Source: a virus. Taken from it: DNA of 40,745 bases. The DNA lies in UHGV virus genome UHGV-0435673. One strand, written 5' to 3'. The notes beneath the pieces were generated by a model, which was not told where the DNA came from, searched no databases, and saw only the letters and a program-made list of their open reading frames with translations. This document shows, in pieces, positions 9,951 to 19,277 of the stretch (the first letter of the stretch is position 1; each line of letters opens with the position of its first letter). Position numbers and translations under genes: made by a program.

Positions 9951-11204
9951 ATGGCATTTTTCGGAAGCGGCTATTTCGGTCAGGGGTTCACTCCGGCGGA
10001 CATCCTTTTTGCACAGCAGAACCAGAAACAGCCGACAGCGGGGAGCTTTCAGGCGCCACAGCAACCTACAGGATCGTTTTTCGGAAGCAATCCGAATTTG
10101 GCACAAACTGGCGGACTTCTCAGCCTATTGGGGACTGATGGACAGCAAGAGAAACAGGGGCAGTCACAACAGGGCGGGACCCCTTCCACGACTTCAGCCT
10201 CGGCTCCGGGATCGTTCTTTGGCGGCAAGCGTGAGCCCTCTTTTGAAGAACAGGAGCGGGAATACTCCTCCATCCGGGATCAGGTCATGAAAGACCCCGG
10301 AAGCGCGGCACTCCTAGCTGGACTGTCCATTTTGAGCGCGAACAGGCCCAGAAACGGACGCACCCCGGGCCTTGGGGAGTTGGTCGGTGCCGGGGGCCTT
10401 GGGATGATTCAGGGGCTCGGGCAGATGCAGCAGGCGCAGGACGTGCGGCGTAAGCAACAGATGGACATGGAGATGAAACGGGCTGAACTGGCAAGCAAGC
10501 TAGGACCTAAATATGAAAAAGTTGGTAACCGCCTGCTCAGGACAAAACCTGATGGAACCGTTGATGTAGCGTATGAGGGAGAGCCTGAGCTTAGTGGAGA
10601 TGCTGCAAATCTTGCGATCATCCTTGGAAGGAATCCTACCGTCCAGGAGTTGATGGACTATAGGAAGAAAGGAGCATCTTCTGTCAATGTCAATACAGGA
10701 CTTCCTTTTGATCAGGCCACAAAAGCCGCAGGTGTACTGCAAGCCCAACAACAGCTTGAAAACATTATAAGTGGCCTTTTTGATGAAAATGGAAATTTCA
10801 AGCGTTCTACTGCGTTGGCGTCAATGATTCCAGGCACTGATGCCGCACAATACGATAAGCAGGCTACTCAAGCCCTTGAAGCTTGGCTCCGAGCAATGAC
10901 TGGCGCAGCTATCACAAAAGAAGAGCTAAATAGCTATCGTGATATGTACATGCCAAGGCCGTGGGACAGTGAAGAAGTGGCCAAAGACAAGATAACTCGC
11001 CTGAATGCTTTGTTCTCAAGCAGTTTGGATATGATGGGGAGCAAACTTCCTTCGTCAGCCCGCAAGCCTGATATTCAAGTAGAGTTTCCTAATGCTAAAC
11101 CTGCGTTGAATGGAAACGTGTCTGTCCGAGGGGCTGTAGGAGGTAAACGTGAAAAAACTCCTGCTGTCCCTGAACTTCCCGCCGGATTTGTGCTTAACAA
11201 CTAG
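9951..11204 (+). CDS. Putative internal virion or ejection protein
   Basis: 417 aa. Gly/Gln-rich N-terminus. Lies upstream of the giant virion protein. Confidence 0.35.
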   Translation: MAFFGSGYFGQGFTPADILFAQQNQKQPTAGSFQAPQQPTGSFFGSNPNLAQTGGLLSLLGTDGQQEKQGQSQQGGTPSTTSASAPGSFFGGKREPSFEEQEREYSSIRDQVMKDPGSAALLAGLSILSANRPRNGRTPGLGELVGAGGLGMIQGLGQMQQAQDVRRKQQMDMEMKRAELASKLGPKYEKVGNRLLRTKPDGTVDVAYEGEPELSGDAANLAIILGRNPTVQELMDYRKKGASSVNVNTGLPFDQATKAAGVLQAQQQLENIISGLFDENGNFKRSTALASMIPGTDAAQYDKQATQALEAWLRAMTGAAITKEELNSYRDMYMPRPWDSEEVAKDKITRLNALFSSSLDMMGSKLPSSARKPDIQVEFPNAKPALNGNVSVRGAVGGKREKTPAVPELPAGFVLNN

Positions 11205-11215
11205 GTGGTACTGCA

Positions 11216-14035
11216 ATGAGAACGGCATACAATCCTCAGACAAGAGAAGTCCTCGGGCTGAAAAATGGACAGTGGACAAAGTTACAAACGGCTAGCAACG
11301 ACAAGGGTGATATGCTCTATCTTGGGGATTCCGGATGGGAACCCCTGAACCTTGGTTCAGACTCTACGCCGGATCAGCCGCAACAGGGTGAAAAAAGCTT
11401 TTGGGAAAACGTCAGAGACGCTATCGGGATGCATGATCCGGGCCGCGCTTTCAGCCTTGGAAGCCGAAATGTCCTTGAAGGGCTGGGCAAGAGCGCAACG
11501 CTTGGCCTTGGTGATCCGGGCCGCATCATTTCTGACTGGATGGGCTTGGCGAAACCGGATACGGATGCCGAACGAATGCGCGGGGCGTTTATTGAGGGCG
11601 CAGCCGGAACGCTTCCTATGCTCGGCACGGGGGCTGTGATGCAAGGGGCAAAGGCTGCCCCAAAAATCGCGCAGTATCTGACCGCTTCACCCGCCTTGCA
11701 AGTTGCTGGTGACGCCTCGGCAAACTTGGCTTCTGAGGTTGCGCGCCAGTCAGGGGCAGGAGAGGGAGGACAGTTTGCGGCGGCTCTGGCGGGCGGTGTT
11801 GCACCGGGCGCGGCTTGGGCTCCTTTTCGTGTGGCTGGTCGTGCTATCGGAACAGGGATTACGGCCTTAGATGCCCTTTCCTCCGCAGGACAGAAAAAGA
11901 TTGCCGGGTCTACGCTGCGCCGCATGGCGACCACTCCTGAAGGTATTGAACGGGCAATACGGGAACGTATTCCCGCTTCCGAACTTGTCCCCGGAAGCGC
12001 TCCGACATTGGGCCAGATTGCCGAAGATCCCGGCATCGCCGCTCTTGAGCGCAGCCTGAAAGATACGGATACGCAGGGCGGCAGAATTACGAACCGATAC
12101 GGCGAACAGGAACAGGCTAGGCAAGCAGCTCTTGCTGACGTCTACAACCGCGCAAACCCTCGTGTAGCCGGACTACGTGCGGGCATTGATTCTGAATTGA
12201 GCGGAACGGCGATGTCCACGGATGCCTCGCAAGTTGGAAAAGATCTTCTTGAAGCCAGAAACGCTGGCGAAACAGCTTTCAAAAAACAGTTCGTGACTCC
12301 GGCCTATGAGTCTGTTGACCCGGAAGGGACGTCCCGTTTTCTTGTTCAGCCTATTCTTGATGACGCTAAAACATATGCCAATAAGATGTTCGGGCGTTAC
12401 CGTGTCCATTCACCAGACAGCGCGACGCAAAGACAAATAAACGCCATGCGGGAAGCTATGGACGCGGAAGGCGCAGTCCCTTTTTCAGAAATCAATCATT
12501 GGCGTTCCGCACTCAGCGAGGCCGCATTTAATGATGCCAAGGCCGGAGATTACCGACAGGCGGCAATGGCTAACCGTATCAAAGGCTTTCTCGACGGCTA
12601 CGTTGACGATATGTCATACAATGAGGCTCTGCGCGGACAACGCCCTCAAATCAACAGCCGTAGCCCTTTGTACAAAGAGGCGACACGGTACGCTGAACAA
12701 GCGGTAGGCAATGACCCTTTTTGGGATGATATGGCCGAAATAGCCAAGCGTGGCATTAATAAAGACGAGTTTGTCCGCCTGTTCGGGCGCCGTTCATTCG
12801 ATGATGTGCAGGCTGCATATCCAAACTTGATCCGCAAGAGCGGAACGCTCGATCCTTCTCAGCTTGGCGCTGATATGGTTTCCGCACGGGCTGGCGGATT
12901 TGAAACGGATTATGCGCCGCGTGACGCTACCGGATTCGTCAATATGATCGTGGACAGGTTCGGGCCACAAACCCAGACGCGCAAACAGCAGATAGCTACA
13001 TTGCGGGATCAGTACCTTGCGGAAAACCTTCCCGCACATACCGGACTCTCCCCAGAACAGGCTGAAAAATTCAGGGAAGCCAAGTCCGCAAACCGTGAGA
13101 TGAACCGTGCGTTTAGGGAGGGTCCCAACAAGGGATTGAATGCGACATACTCCGGACCAGAAAGTTCTGTTCCTAAAAGATATTTTCACGCAGGTGAAGG
13201 TTCCAAGGAAGATATTCAAACGTTCATGCGCGGCGTAGGGCGTGATCCGCAAGCCGTTGAAAATTTGAAAAGGTATGCTCTCTCTCAGGCTGCCGAATCT
13301 GCGGTAGGCAAGGGGAAGGGGCGGGCAACGTCTCAGGGGTTGAAGAATTGGATGTATGCGCACCGGAACGCCATTGATGAGGTGCCTGGGCTCCGCAAAG
13401 ATCTAAATGCCATGCTCCGCAATATCAATATTACGGAAGCGGCGGAACAAGGCCTTGATTCGGCTATTTCCCTTTCCAAAACGGGAGATCTCCGCGCCAA
13501 TGCCTTGATCAATAGCGATCTCTTTGATTGGCGCAAGGGTGGAACCTTCCGGGATCGCCTCATCTCTTCCGGGGCATTTGATGATCAGGATTTGTCCTCA
13601 CTCTCCAACGTCCGCGCGGATCTTGCTCGGGCACAACGGGCGGACAGGCTGGCGTCCACCTCGGGAAGTGCAACCGCGAAAAATCTTGCGACACAGCACA
13701 TTCTTGATCGCGCGTTAGGTGGAGATGTGGGGCGCACAGGGGGACCGACCGGGAAAACTCTGACGGATAACCTCATTGCCCGCGCTGCCAGCATTCCGGG
13801 AAATATTATTGGCGAGAAACTGCAAAAATGGGTTTACGGCGGTGCAGACAGTGCCGTCCGTGATTACCTGACGCAAGCCATGCTTGATCCCAACTATGCG
13901 CTTGAACTTCTCGGGCGTGCGAAACCAAAAGAAATTCCAGCGATTGGCAAGGTGTTGAAAGACATCAGGCGGGGTATGGCAATGACGGCTGGGCGTACTT
14001 CCCTTCTCGACCTCATTTCCCAGATGCAGGAGTAA
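11216..14035 (+). CDS. Large virion protein (939 aa), candidate ejection or injection protein
   Basis: Longest ORF. Lies at the end of the structural operon, as gp16/gp20-type genes do in short-tailed lambdoid phages. No tape-measure-like coiled coil seen. Confidence 0.45.
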   Translation: MRTAYNPQTREVLGLKNGQWTKLQTASNDKGDMLYLGDSGWEPLNLGSDSTPDQPQQGEKSFWENVRDAIGMHDPGRAFSLGSRNVLEGLGKSATLGLGDPGRIISDWMGLAKPDTDAERMRGAFIEGAAGTLPMLGTGAVMQGAKAAPKIAQYLTASPALQVAGDASANLASEVARQSGAGEGGQFAAALAGGVAPGAAWAPFRVAGRAIGTGITALDALSSAGQKKIAGSTLRRMATTPEGIERAIRERIPASELVPGSAPTLGQIAEDPGIAALERSLKDTDTQGGRITNRYGEQEQARQAALADVYNRANPRVAGLRAGIDSELSGTAMSTDASQVGKDLLEARNAGETAFKKQFVTPAYESVDPEGTSRFLVQPILDDAKTYANKMFGRYRVHSPDSATQRQINAMREAMDAEGAVPFSEINHWRSALSEAAFNDAKAGDYRQAAMANRIKGFLDGYVDDMSYNEALRGQRPQINSRSPLYKEATRYAEQAVGNDPFWDDMAEIAKRGINKDEFVRLFGRRSFDDVQAAYPNLIRKSGTLDPSQLGADMVSARAGGFETDYAPRDATGFVNMIVDRFGPQTQTRKQQIATLRDQYLAENLPAHTGLSPEQAEKFREAKSANREMNRAFREGPNKGLNATYSGPESSVPKRYFHAGEGSKEDIQTFMRGVGRDPQAVENLKRYALSQAAESAVGKGKGRATSQGLKNWMYAHRNAIDEVPGLRKDLNAMLRNINITEAAEQGLDSAISLSKTGDLRANALINSDLFDWRKGGTFRDRLISSGAFDDQDLSSLSNVRADLARAQRADRLASTSGSATAKNLATQHILDRALGGDVGRTGGPTGKTLTDNLIARAASIPGNIIGEKLQKWVYGGADSAVRDYLTQAMLDPNYALELLGRAKPKEIPAIGKVLKDIRRGMAMTAGRTSLLDLISQMQE

Positions 14036-14037
14036 CG

Positions 14038-14448
14038 ATGAAGGCACAGGGATTGCTCGACATGCTCCGGGCTCTCGGAAGAGGCGATGAACCGCAGGTC
14101 AAGCGGCTCATGCCGATTTCCGGGGGGCTCGGGGCGGGGTATGCCAACCTTGATGAAGCCAAGTCCGCGCCGTGGAACCAGCCCGGGATGTCCGGATTGC
14201 TCCGGGACATCGACGACAAGCCGCTTGAGCAACCTGTGTACAGCCCCATTGATCTCGCGGTTGCTCCGGTGGGGGCGGCTGGGCTCGGCGCAAAGGCGCT
14301 GGCAATGACCGCTGACCCCATAATCAGCATCGGGACGGACTACGCGGCGGACGGGGCGGCAAAGGCGTGGAACGCCATGCGGCAGACTCCGGAAGGGCGC
14401 AAAAAGGCGGAAGGCCTTCTTGGAATGTTCGCTTCCGGGAACTACTGA
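14038..14448 (+). CDS. Hypothetical 136-aa protein, last gene of the late operon
   Basis: ATGA-coupled to the 939-aa gene. Ala/Gly-rich. Confidence 0.35.
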   Translation: MKAQGLLDMLRALGRGDEPQVKRLMPISGGLGAGYANLDEAKSAPWNQPGMSGLLRDIDDKPLEQPVYSPIDLAVAPVGAAGLGAKALAMTADPIISIGTDYAADGAAKAWNAMRQTPEGRKKAEGLLGMFASGNY

Positions 14449-14521
14449 GCTCTTTGACAAGAGAATAGGGAACGGATAGAAAACCTGCTGTGGGGCACGC
14501 CTCCCGAAAGGAGGCAACCCC

Positions 14522-14605
14522 ATGAAGCAATTCCTCCGGGACGTCGCGGCGCTTGCGCTGGCTGACGTCATAGCGGCTGTGGTGGTTCACTTGCTGAACC
14601 TCTAA
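14522..14605 (+). CDS. 27-aa hydrophobic peptide (MKQFLRDVAALALADVIAAVVVHLLNL)
   Basis: Near-perfect SD AAGGAGG 7 nt upstream of the ATG. A perfect hairpin follows immediately. Confidence 0.3.
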   Translation: MKQFLRDVAALALADVIAAVVVHLLNL

Positions 14606-14631
14606 AAGCAGTTGCCCCGTAGGAATTGCAG
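14602..14631. terminator. Perfect 12-bp hairpin (GCCCCGTAGGAA / TTCCTACGGGGC)
   Basis: Perfect inverted repeat. Poor U-tract on the + strand, TTTT four nt away on the - strand. Confidence 0.35.
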
Positions 14632-14839
14632 TTCCTACGGGGCGCTAAAACTGGATTCTCGAAATCCGGGGGACGTGCCCCACGGGCGGTGGGTGTTGGT
14701 CGCACTCGCCGCCCTTCCTTTTTCAATAGCCATTCATTCGGGATTGGTCAAGTTTATACTAGCCCTTTCAGCACCTCTATGATGATTCCGGCCATGAATG
14801 CCGCCAACAGCGGGCCGCCAGTTTGCAGGAACGTGCTGA

Positions 14840-15535
14840 TCATGAGCGCACCCCCTTCTCGATCTGGCTCATGATGCCCAGAAGGTGCCAGCCGGGATTG
14901 AAGCCCTCATAGAGTCCGGGCCTGCGCATTGAAAACCCCTCGCACAGCATTGAGAAAAGGCACTGGTGGATGGTCGAATGCAGCCCGGGACCCTCGCCGC
15001 CCGCAGTGAACGGAATCCGATACTTTCTGAGCAGGGTGTGGGTGACGTTGAACGTCACTTCCACAAGCCTGTCCTTGAGGTGTTCAAGGTCATTCCGCTT
15101 CCCGGCATACAGATCGTCAATCTCCCGCATGAGCCTGCGGCATTCTTCGACTGAGCACGGGAACGGGTCGGCGGCCAGGGCAGGGCGGCTGCGCCGGGCA
15201 AGCTCCTCCTCCATCGCGTTGAACGCCTCAATGTACGCCAGCTTGATCGCGAGGGCCTTCTTGCCCGTATAGCCCATGACCAGCAACATGAAGCCGTCGC
15301 GGTAAATGATGTACATGGGCTGAATCTTGCCCTGTTCATTGGTGTAGGAGGACTCCGAAAAATTGCGGAGTCTGAAATTTTGAGGAGTTGCGTTTAAGAG
15401 CGTCCGAATAGACCTCAACACGTCATCATGCCGCTTGTTGAAGTATTGGGCTACTGTACGAGAGGTGGTGGATGGGCGTCCGTTGTGAACAAAAACGGAC
15501 GGGACGGGATCGGGAAGCAAAAGGGCCTGTGCCAT
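14840..15535 (-). CDS. Rha-family phage regulatory protein (antirepressor-like)
   Basis: N-terminal region (VFVHNGRPSTTSRTVAQYFNKRHDDVLRSIRTL) matches the Rha family signature. Confidence 0.6.
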   Translation of the reverse strand: MAQALLLPDPVPSVFVHNGRPSTTSRTVAQYFNKRHDDVLRSIRTLLNATPQNFRLRNFSESSYTNEQGKIQPMYIIYRDGFMLLVMGYTGKKALAIKLAYIEAFNAMEEELARRSRPALAADPFPCSVEECRRLMREIDDLYAGKRNDLEHLKDRLVEVTFNVTHTLLRKYRIPFTAGGEGPGLHSTIHQCLFSMLCEGFSMRRPGLYEGFNPGWHLLGIMSQIEKGVRS

Positions 15536-15817
15536 AGTGAACTCCTTGATTTTTCTATTGCCCTTTCTGAAATAGAAAAGGCCGGGAGCTAGAAACCGTC
15601 AAGGAACGGCGGGCATATTCCCCCGAAGGGTATTCTATTAGCCCACTCCCGGCCTGAATAGCCGAATAAATACACCACTTCCAAGGTTTTCTATAGACCT
15701 TGACAGGGCATAAAAAGAGCCACTTTCAGGCAATGGCGACCTTCCTTGAGGAGTTTCTACGCTCCGTGAGGAAACCAAAGCATGAAAGCGGCTATGTTGT
15801 CAAGATAGGACTACAGG

Positions 15818-16465
15818 TTATCTGTTTTCTTTTTGATATGTTATTCCATTTGGTTGTATTTTTATTCCAATGAATTTTAGCTCTTCAGGAGTATACTCTG
15901 GTATCCTTATTTTTATTGATTTTGCTTTTCCTGATTTAATGTCATCCAATTTTTCAGTTTTTTCTTTCCTTGAATCAAGATAAACCTTATTTTTTTCTAA
16001 ATCATTCCAGTTTGGAAATTCTTTTGCATATTCTACAGTTATTGTATTATCAACCATAGTTGCTGAATAAAGGTTAACAAATTCTATTGTTACTTCTGAT
16101 CCTGTAGAGTATTTTCTAATATTCTCACAGGATACAGTAAATAATCCTCCACGACAAGAAATGATAGAAAATTTGCTTTCACTAGGATTCAATAAAGCTT
16201 GTTCTGGTAACTTAAAATCTAGTGTTTTAATACTTCTATCATAATAGTTATTCATAATTTTTTGCAACTCAAGAAAATCTTTTATACTTTTAATTTCTAC
16301 TTTTAATGATTCAACTTCTTTTTTCAATAATTCATTTTCTTTTTTGAGTTGTTCAACTTCAGTTCCAATTTCTCCAGCCTTATTTATATTGTCTAGTAGT
16401 TCAAAGGAAAAAGCATTTCCACACATGTATATGCAAAAAGCAAAAGTAAGAAGTACTTTTTTCAT
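15818..16465 (-). CDS. Secreted coiled-coil protein, AT-rich moron gene
   Basis: Sec signal peptide MKKVLLTFAFCIYMCGNAFS, heptad-rich segment (EVEQLKKENELLKKEVESLKVEIKSIK). AT-rich codon usage. 1 nt after the upstream lipoprotein gene. Confidence 0.5.
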   Translation of the reverse strand: MKKVLLTFAFCIYMCGNAFSFELLDNINKAGEIGTEVEQLKKENELLKKEVESLKVEIKSIKDFLELQKIMNNYYDRSIKTLDFKLPEQALLNPSESKFSIISCRGGLFTVSCENIRKYSTGSEVTIEFVNLYSATMVDNTITVEYAKEFPNWNDLEKNKVYLDSRKEKTEKLDDIKSGKAKSIKIRIPEYTPEELKFIGIKIQPNGITYQKENR

Positions 16466-16466
16466 G

Positions 16467-17171
16467 TTATTTGCTCACTTTTCGATATACTTTTTCAGAT
16501 TCTGAGGCAACATGATGGTAATCTGTTTCTTTAAATCCATCCTGTACCTTTGCAGAGTTTGAAACACGCTCTGCATATCTTTCCATTGCTTCTTTGGTAG
16601 CTTTTCCTATTGCTTCGGACAGTACTTGTGCACCATTACCACAGGCTCCTCCTGCTTCGCCTTCAGCTGTCTTTGTGGCACTTGCGATACTGTTTATCAA
16701 AATTTTGTTGTTAACGTCACGGACAACAAAGTCGAATGCGATATCTACATCGGCTCTTGAAGAAGCAGACCAAAATCCTGGGATAAAAACTATTCTTGGT
16801 TCAAAAGAAGTAAGTCTAACGAGGATGTATCCCTTTGCACCTTTTTCTATCATTTCATCATGTGTGGGAATAGATTCTTGTTCTATGACGTGTTCAAACA
16901 TAGCTTCAGTTGTTAGTCTGATTGAAGAGTCAAATGCACTATTTGTACCTATAGAAAATTTATGGGCACCACATTGATAAGATGAAGGTTTTACATCTTT
17001 CACAATAGTAGAAGCACTTTCATCTATAATCAATATAATAGTAGCTGGTATTTTACCATCATAAGAAGAATAAATATTTGTTGCTTGTGATGATGGTATT
17101 GCTGTTTTATAGGAACATCCAGCCATAGTAAAAGTAAGCATACCCAACAAAAGAAGCAAAATCCGTTTCAT
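16467..17171 (-). CDS. Lipoprotein, AT-rich moron gene
   Basis: Lipobox LTFTMAG-C after MKRILLLLLGM. Strong SD GGAGAGGGAGGGGAA upstream of the internal ATG. AT-rich. Confidence 0.55.
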   Translation of the reverse strand: MKRILLLLLGMLTFTMAGCSYKTAIPSSQATNIYSSYDGKIPATIILIIDESASTIVKDVKPSSYQCGAHKFSIGTNSAFDSSIRLTTEAMFEHVIEQESIPTHDEMIEKGAKGYILVRLTSFEPRIVFIPGFWSASSRADVDIAFDFVVRDVNNKILINSIASATKTAEGEAGGACGNGAQVLSEAIGKATKEAMERYAERVSNSAKVQDGFKETDYHHVASESEKVYRKVSK

Positions 17172-17258
17172 CATTTCCCCTCCCTCTCCATACGGAGAAT
17201 GTCTTTCTCCAGCCGTTACCAGAAAACCCATATGGACTCAATCAAAAAGGAGGTATCC

Positions 17259-17501
17259 ATGCCCGACTCGATCACGCGTTCCCCGATGGCCCCGATTTCC
17301 CCGAAAGAAGCCTCAGCCTACACCGGATACTCCGAGCGCACGCTGGCAAGCTGGCGCAGGGGCCGCAAAGAATGGGCTCCGGACAGCAAGGGGCCGCGCT
17401 ACGCCACCATGAATGGGAGAATCTGGTACCGCCGGGACTGGCTTGACGACTGGCTCGAATCCGTCTGGGCTCCGCATAACAGCTCGGAAAAGATGCAGTA
17501 A
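17259..17501 (+). CDS. AlpA/excisionase-family HTH DNA-binding protein (copy 1)
   Basis: SD AAAGGAGG. Core motif SPKEASAYTGYSERTLASWRRGRK...GPRYATMNGRIWYRRDWLDDWLES is typical of the AlpA/Xis family. Confidence 0.55.
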   Translation: MPDSITRSPMAPISPKEASAYTGYSERTLASWRRGRKEWAPDSKGPRYATMNGRIWYRRDWLDDWLESVWAPHNSSEKMQ

Positions 17502-17577
17502 ACTACATTGTGCGACATCAATTATGTTCCTGCTTGCGCTTTGCTGCTATCGTAGCGCAAAAAAGAGGATTTGCCAT

Positions 17578-18459
17578 ATGAGCGTTCAAGACTACTCGAC
17601 CAATCCAGACGACAATCTGACTATCAGCGGAATCAATATTGCCGAAGGAATGCCCCCCGGCCTCGTGAACAACGCAATTCGTCAGCTGATGTCTGATATT
17701 AAAGTCAATTCCACTGAGTTGGAAAATGGAAAGCTCTCGACTAGCGGCGGGACAGTGACTGGAAGTCTTTCGATCAAGAATATGCTTGATCTCATCAATG
17801 CCGCGCCAGCTACGGAACAAGAGTTAGGGCTTTTCATGCTCGACAAGAATGGAACGATCATGGGTGCCCATGATTTTGTGCATAATGTTAATAATATTAA
17901 AGCCACTCAGATGTATGCTCGAAACAGCGGCGGGTTGCTTTCTTCGCTTGGCGTTTATGTCGAAGAAGACGGAACGCGGTACACGTTGTCGTCACACAAC
18001 ATAATCATAACGAGCGATGTCGAGATTGGACGGTTATATGCTGACGGAGTGAGGCTCATAACATTTTCGGGAACAAAAAGCAGCCCAGGCCTTATGATGC
18101 GCTATTCCCCCGATAGCGGTGAGCTCTATCTTGACGGTAGGGCCGTTCACGGAAAGGCCGATACGGCAGTATATGCGGACAACGCCGGGACGCTTGGCGG
18201 CAAGGCTGAAAGTGCACTCTCCGTCGCTTTTGCAAGCGAGGCACAGAACAGCTACGGGCTCAAAGGCATGGACATGATCATCGCAAAACAAACGTACACG
18301 TTACCTGGGTACGGTACGTGGAAATACATGTATCTTATTGCTGACAGTGAACATTTTTATGATATGGTCATAGGCGAAGATCCGGGTGGAACCGTTTTGT
18401 CGGCGTCAGCTTGGGGGAGCTCCGCTTTCATGGACGGGATAGCTTTCAGAAGCGCATAG
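17578..18459 (+). CDS. Tail fibre protein (receptor-binding candidate)
   Basis: N-terminal ISGINIAEGMPPGLVNNAIRQLMSDIK, fibre-repeat-like NGKLSTSGGTVTGSL. A tail fibre assembly gene lies downstream. Confidence 0.55.
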   Translation: MSVQDYSTNPDDNLTISGINIAEGMPPGLVNNAIRQLMSDIKVNSTELENGKLSTSGGTVTGSLSIKNMLDLINAAPATEQELGLFMLDKNGTIMGAHDFVHNVNNIKATQMYARNSGGLLSSLGVYVEEDGTRYTLSSHNIIITSDVEIGRLYADGVRLITFSGTKSSPGLMMRYSPDSGELYLDGRAVHGKADTAVYADNAGTLGGKAESALSVAFASEAQNSYGLKGMDMIIAKQTYTLPGYGTWKYMYLIADSEHFYDMVIGEDPGGTVLSASAWGSSAFMDGIAFRSA

Positions 18460-18469
18460 GAGAAGCAAA

Positions 18470-18886
18470 ATGGCGAAAGACTACGGAACCATCATCTACA
18501 GAAAAGAGACACGCTCATACGTTGTCGGTAAGCTCTGCGTGCCGCATCCTGATGATAATGTCCCCGATGAAGTACGCCGTCAGTTCTCAGCAATGTGGGC
18601 TGATGTCGATGCTTATGCAAAAGCGCATCCGGACATGGTGACGGAAGAGCAAGCATACGTCCCGCCCGTACCGACAGTAGAAGAACTTGCGGCTCGCGTA
18701 CGTGCCGAGCGTGATAGACGCATCACCGCAACAGATTACCTTGTCATGCCGGACTATCCGATTTCACAAGACAAGTTTGAAGATATCAAGGTGTATCGGC
18801 AAGCGCTCCGCGATTTGCCGCAACAGCCGGGATTTCCGTGGAATGGGCCGGATGATCCTGCCTGCCCGTGGCCTATTTTTCGATGA
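18470..18886 (+). CDS. Tail fibre assembly chaperone (Tfa/gpU family)
   Basis: C-terminal signature ATDYLVMPDYPISQDKFEDIKVYRQALRDLPQQPGFPWNGP is characteristic of Caudovirales tail fibre assembly proteins. Confidence 0.65.
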   Translation: MAKDYGTIIYRKETRSYVVGKLCVPHPDDNVPDEVRRQFSAMWADVDAYAKAHPDMVTEEQAYVPPVPTVEELAARVRAERDRRITATDYLVMPDYPISQDKFEDIKVYRQALRDLPQQPGFPWNGPDDPACPWPIFR

Positions 18887-18990
18887 AATAAACAAAGGGG
18901 GATGCATGAACATCCCCCTAAGCGACACGGCAACCGTTGAAAGCCTCTCCGTGTCTGACGTGATCACTATCATGAAAGACAACGGGAGAA

Positions 18991-19224
18991 ATGATTATCA
19001 TGTGTTATGACCGCATGACTCCGAAAGAGGCCGCAGCCTACCTTGGTTTTTCAACGTCAACGCTCGAAAAATGGCGCAGGGGCCGCAAAGTTTGGGGCGA
19101 ATCGAACCGTGGACCGCGCTATACCAGTTTGAACGGGAGGATTTGGTACCGGAAAGACTGGCTTGACGAGTGGCAGGATTCTGTTTTCGGCCTTCCCTCA
19201 CAACGCCTCACTGTTCCACAATGA
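18991..19224 (+). CDS. AlpA/excisionase-family HTH protein (copy 2, paralogue of 17259..17501)
   Basis: TPKEAAAYLGFSTSTLEKWRRGRK...GPRYTSLNGRIWYRKDWLDEW. Shares exact stretches with copy 1: 19 nt tggcgcaggggccgcaaag and 14 nt gactggcttgacga. Confidence 0.5.
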   Translation: MIIMCYDRMTPKEAAAYLGFSTSTLEKWRRGRKVWGESNRGPRYTSLNGRIWYRKDWLDEWQDSVFGLPSQRLTVPQ

Positions 19225-19277
19225 ACCGCCATACCACTCTGGAACAGTAAACAAATTTTCAAGCCAATGCGAATATT

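Noticed and set aside
256-14571. Numerous long minus-strand ORFs overlapping the structural genes (e.g. 844..1413, 2112..3053, 3032..4081, 4281..5081, 11374..12036, 13894..14571)
   Set aside because: High-GC DNA produces long spurious antisense ORFs. They lack RBSs and fully overlap a co-linear, tightly coupled + strand operon with conventional starts. Their proteins are low-complexity Arg/Ser/Pro-rich.
17413-17577. Upstream extension of the tail fibre ORF from 17413
   Set aside because: The extension overlaps the AlpA-like gene and has no RBS. The ATG at 17578 follows the intergenic gap and begins the conserved fibre N-terminus.
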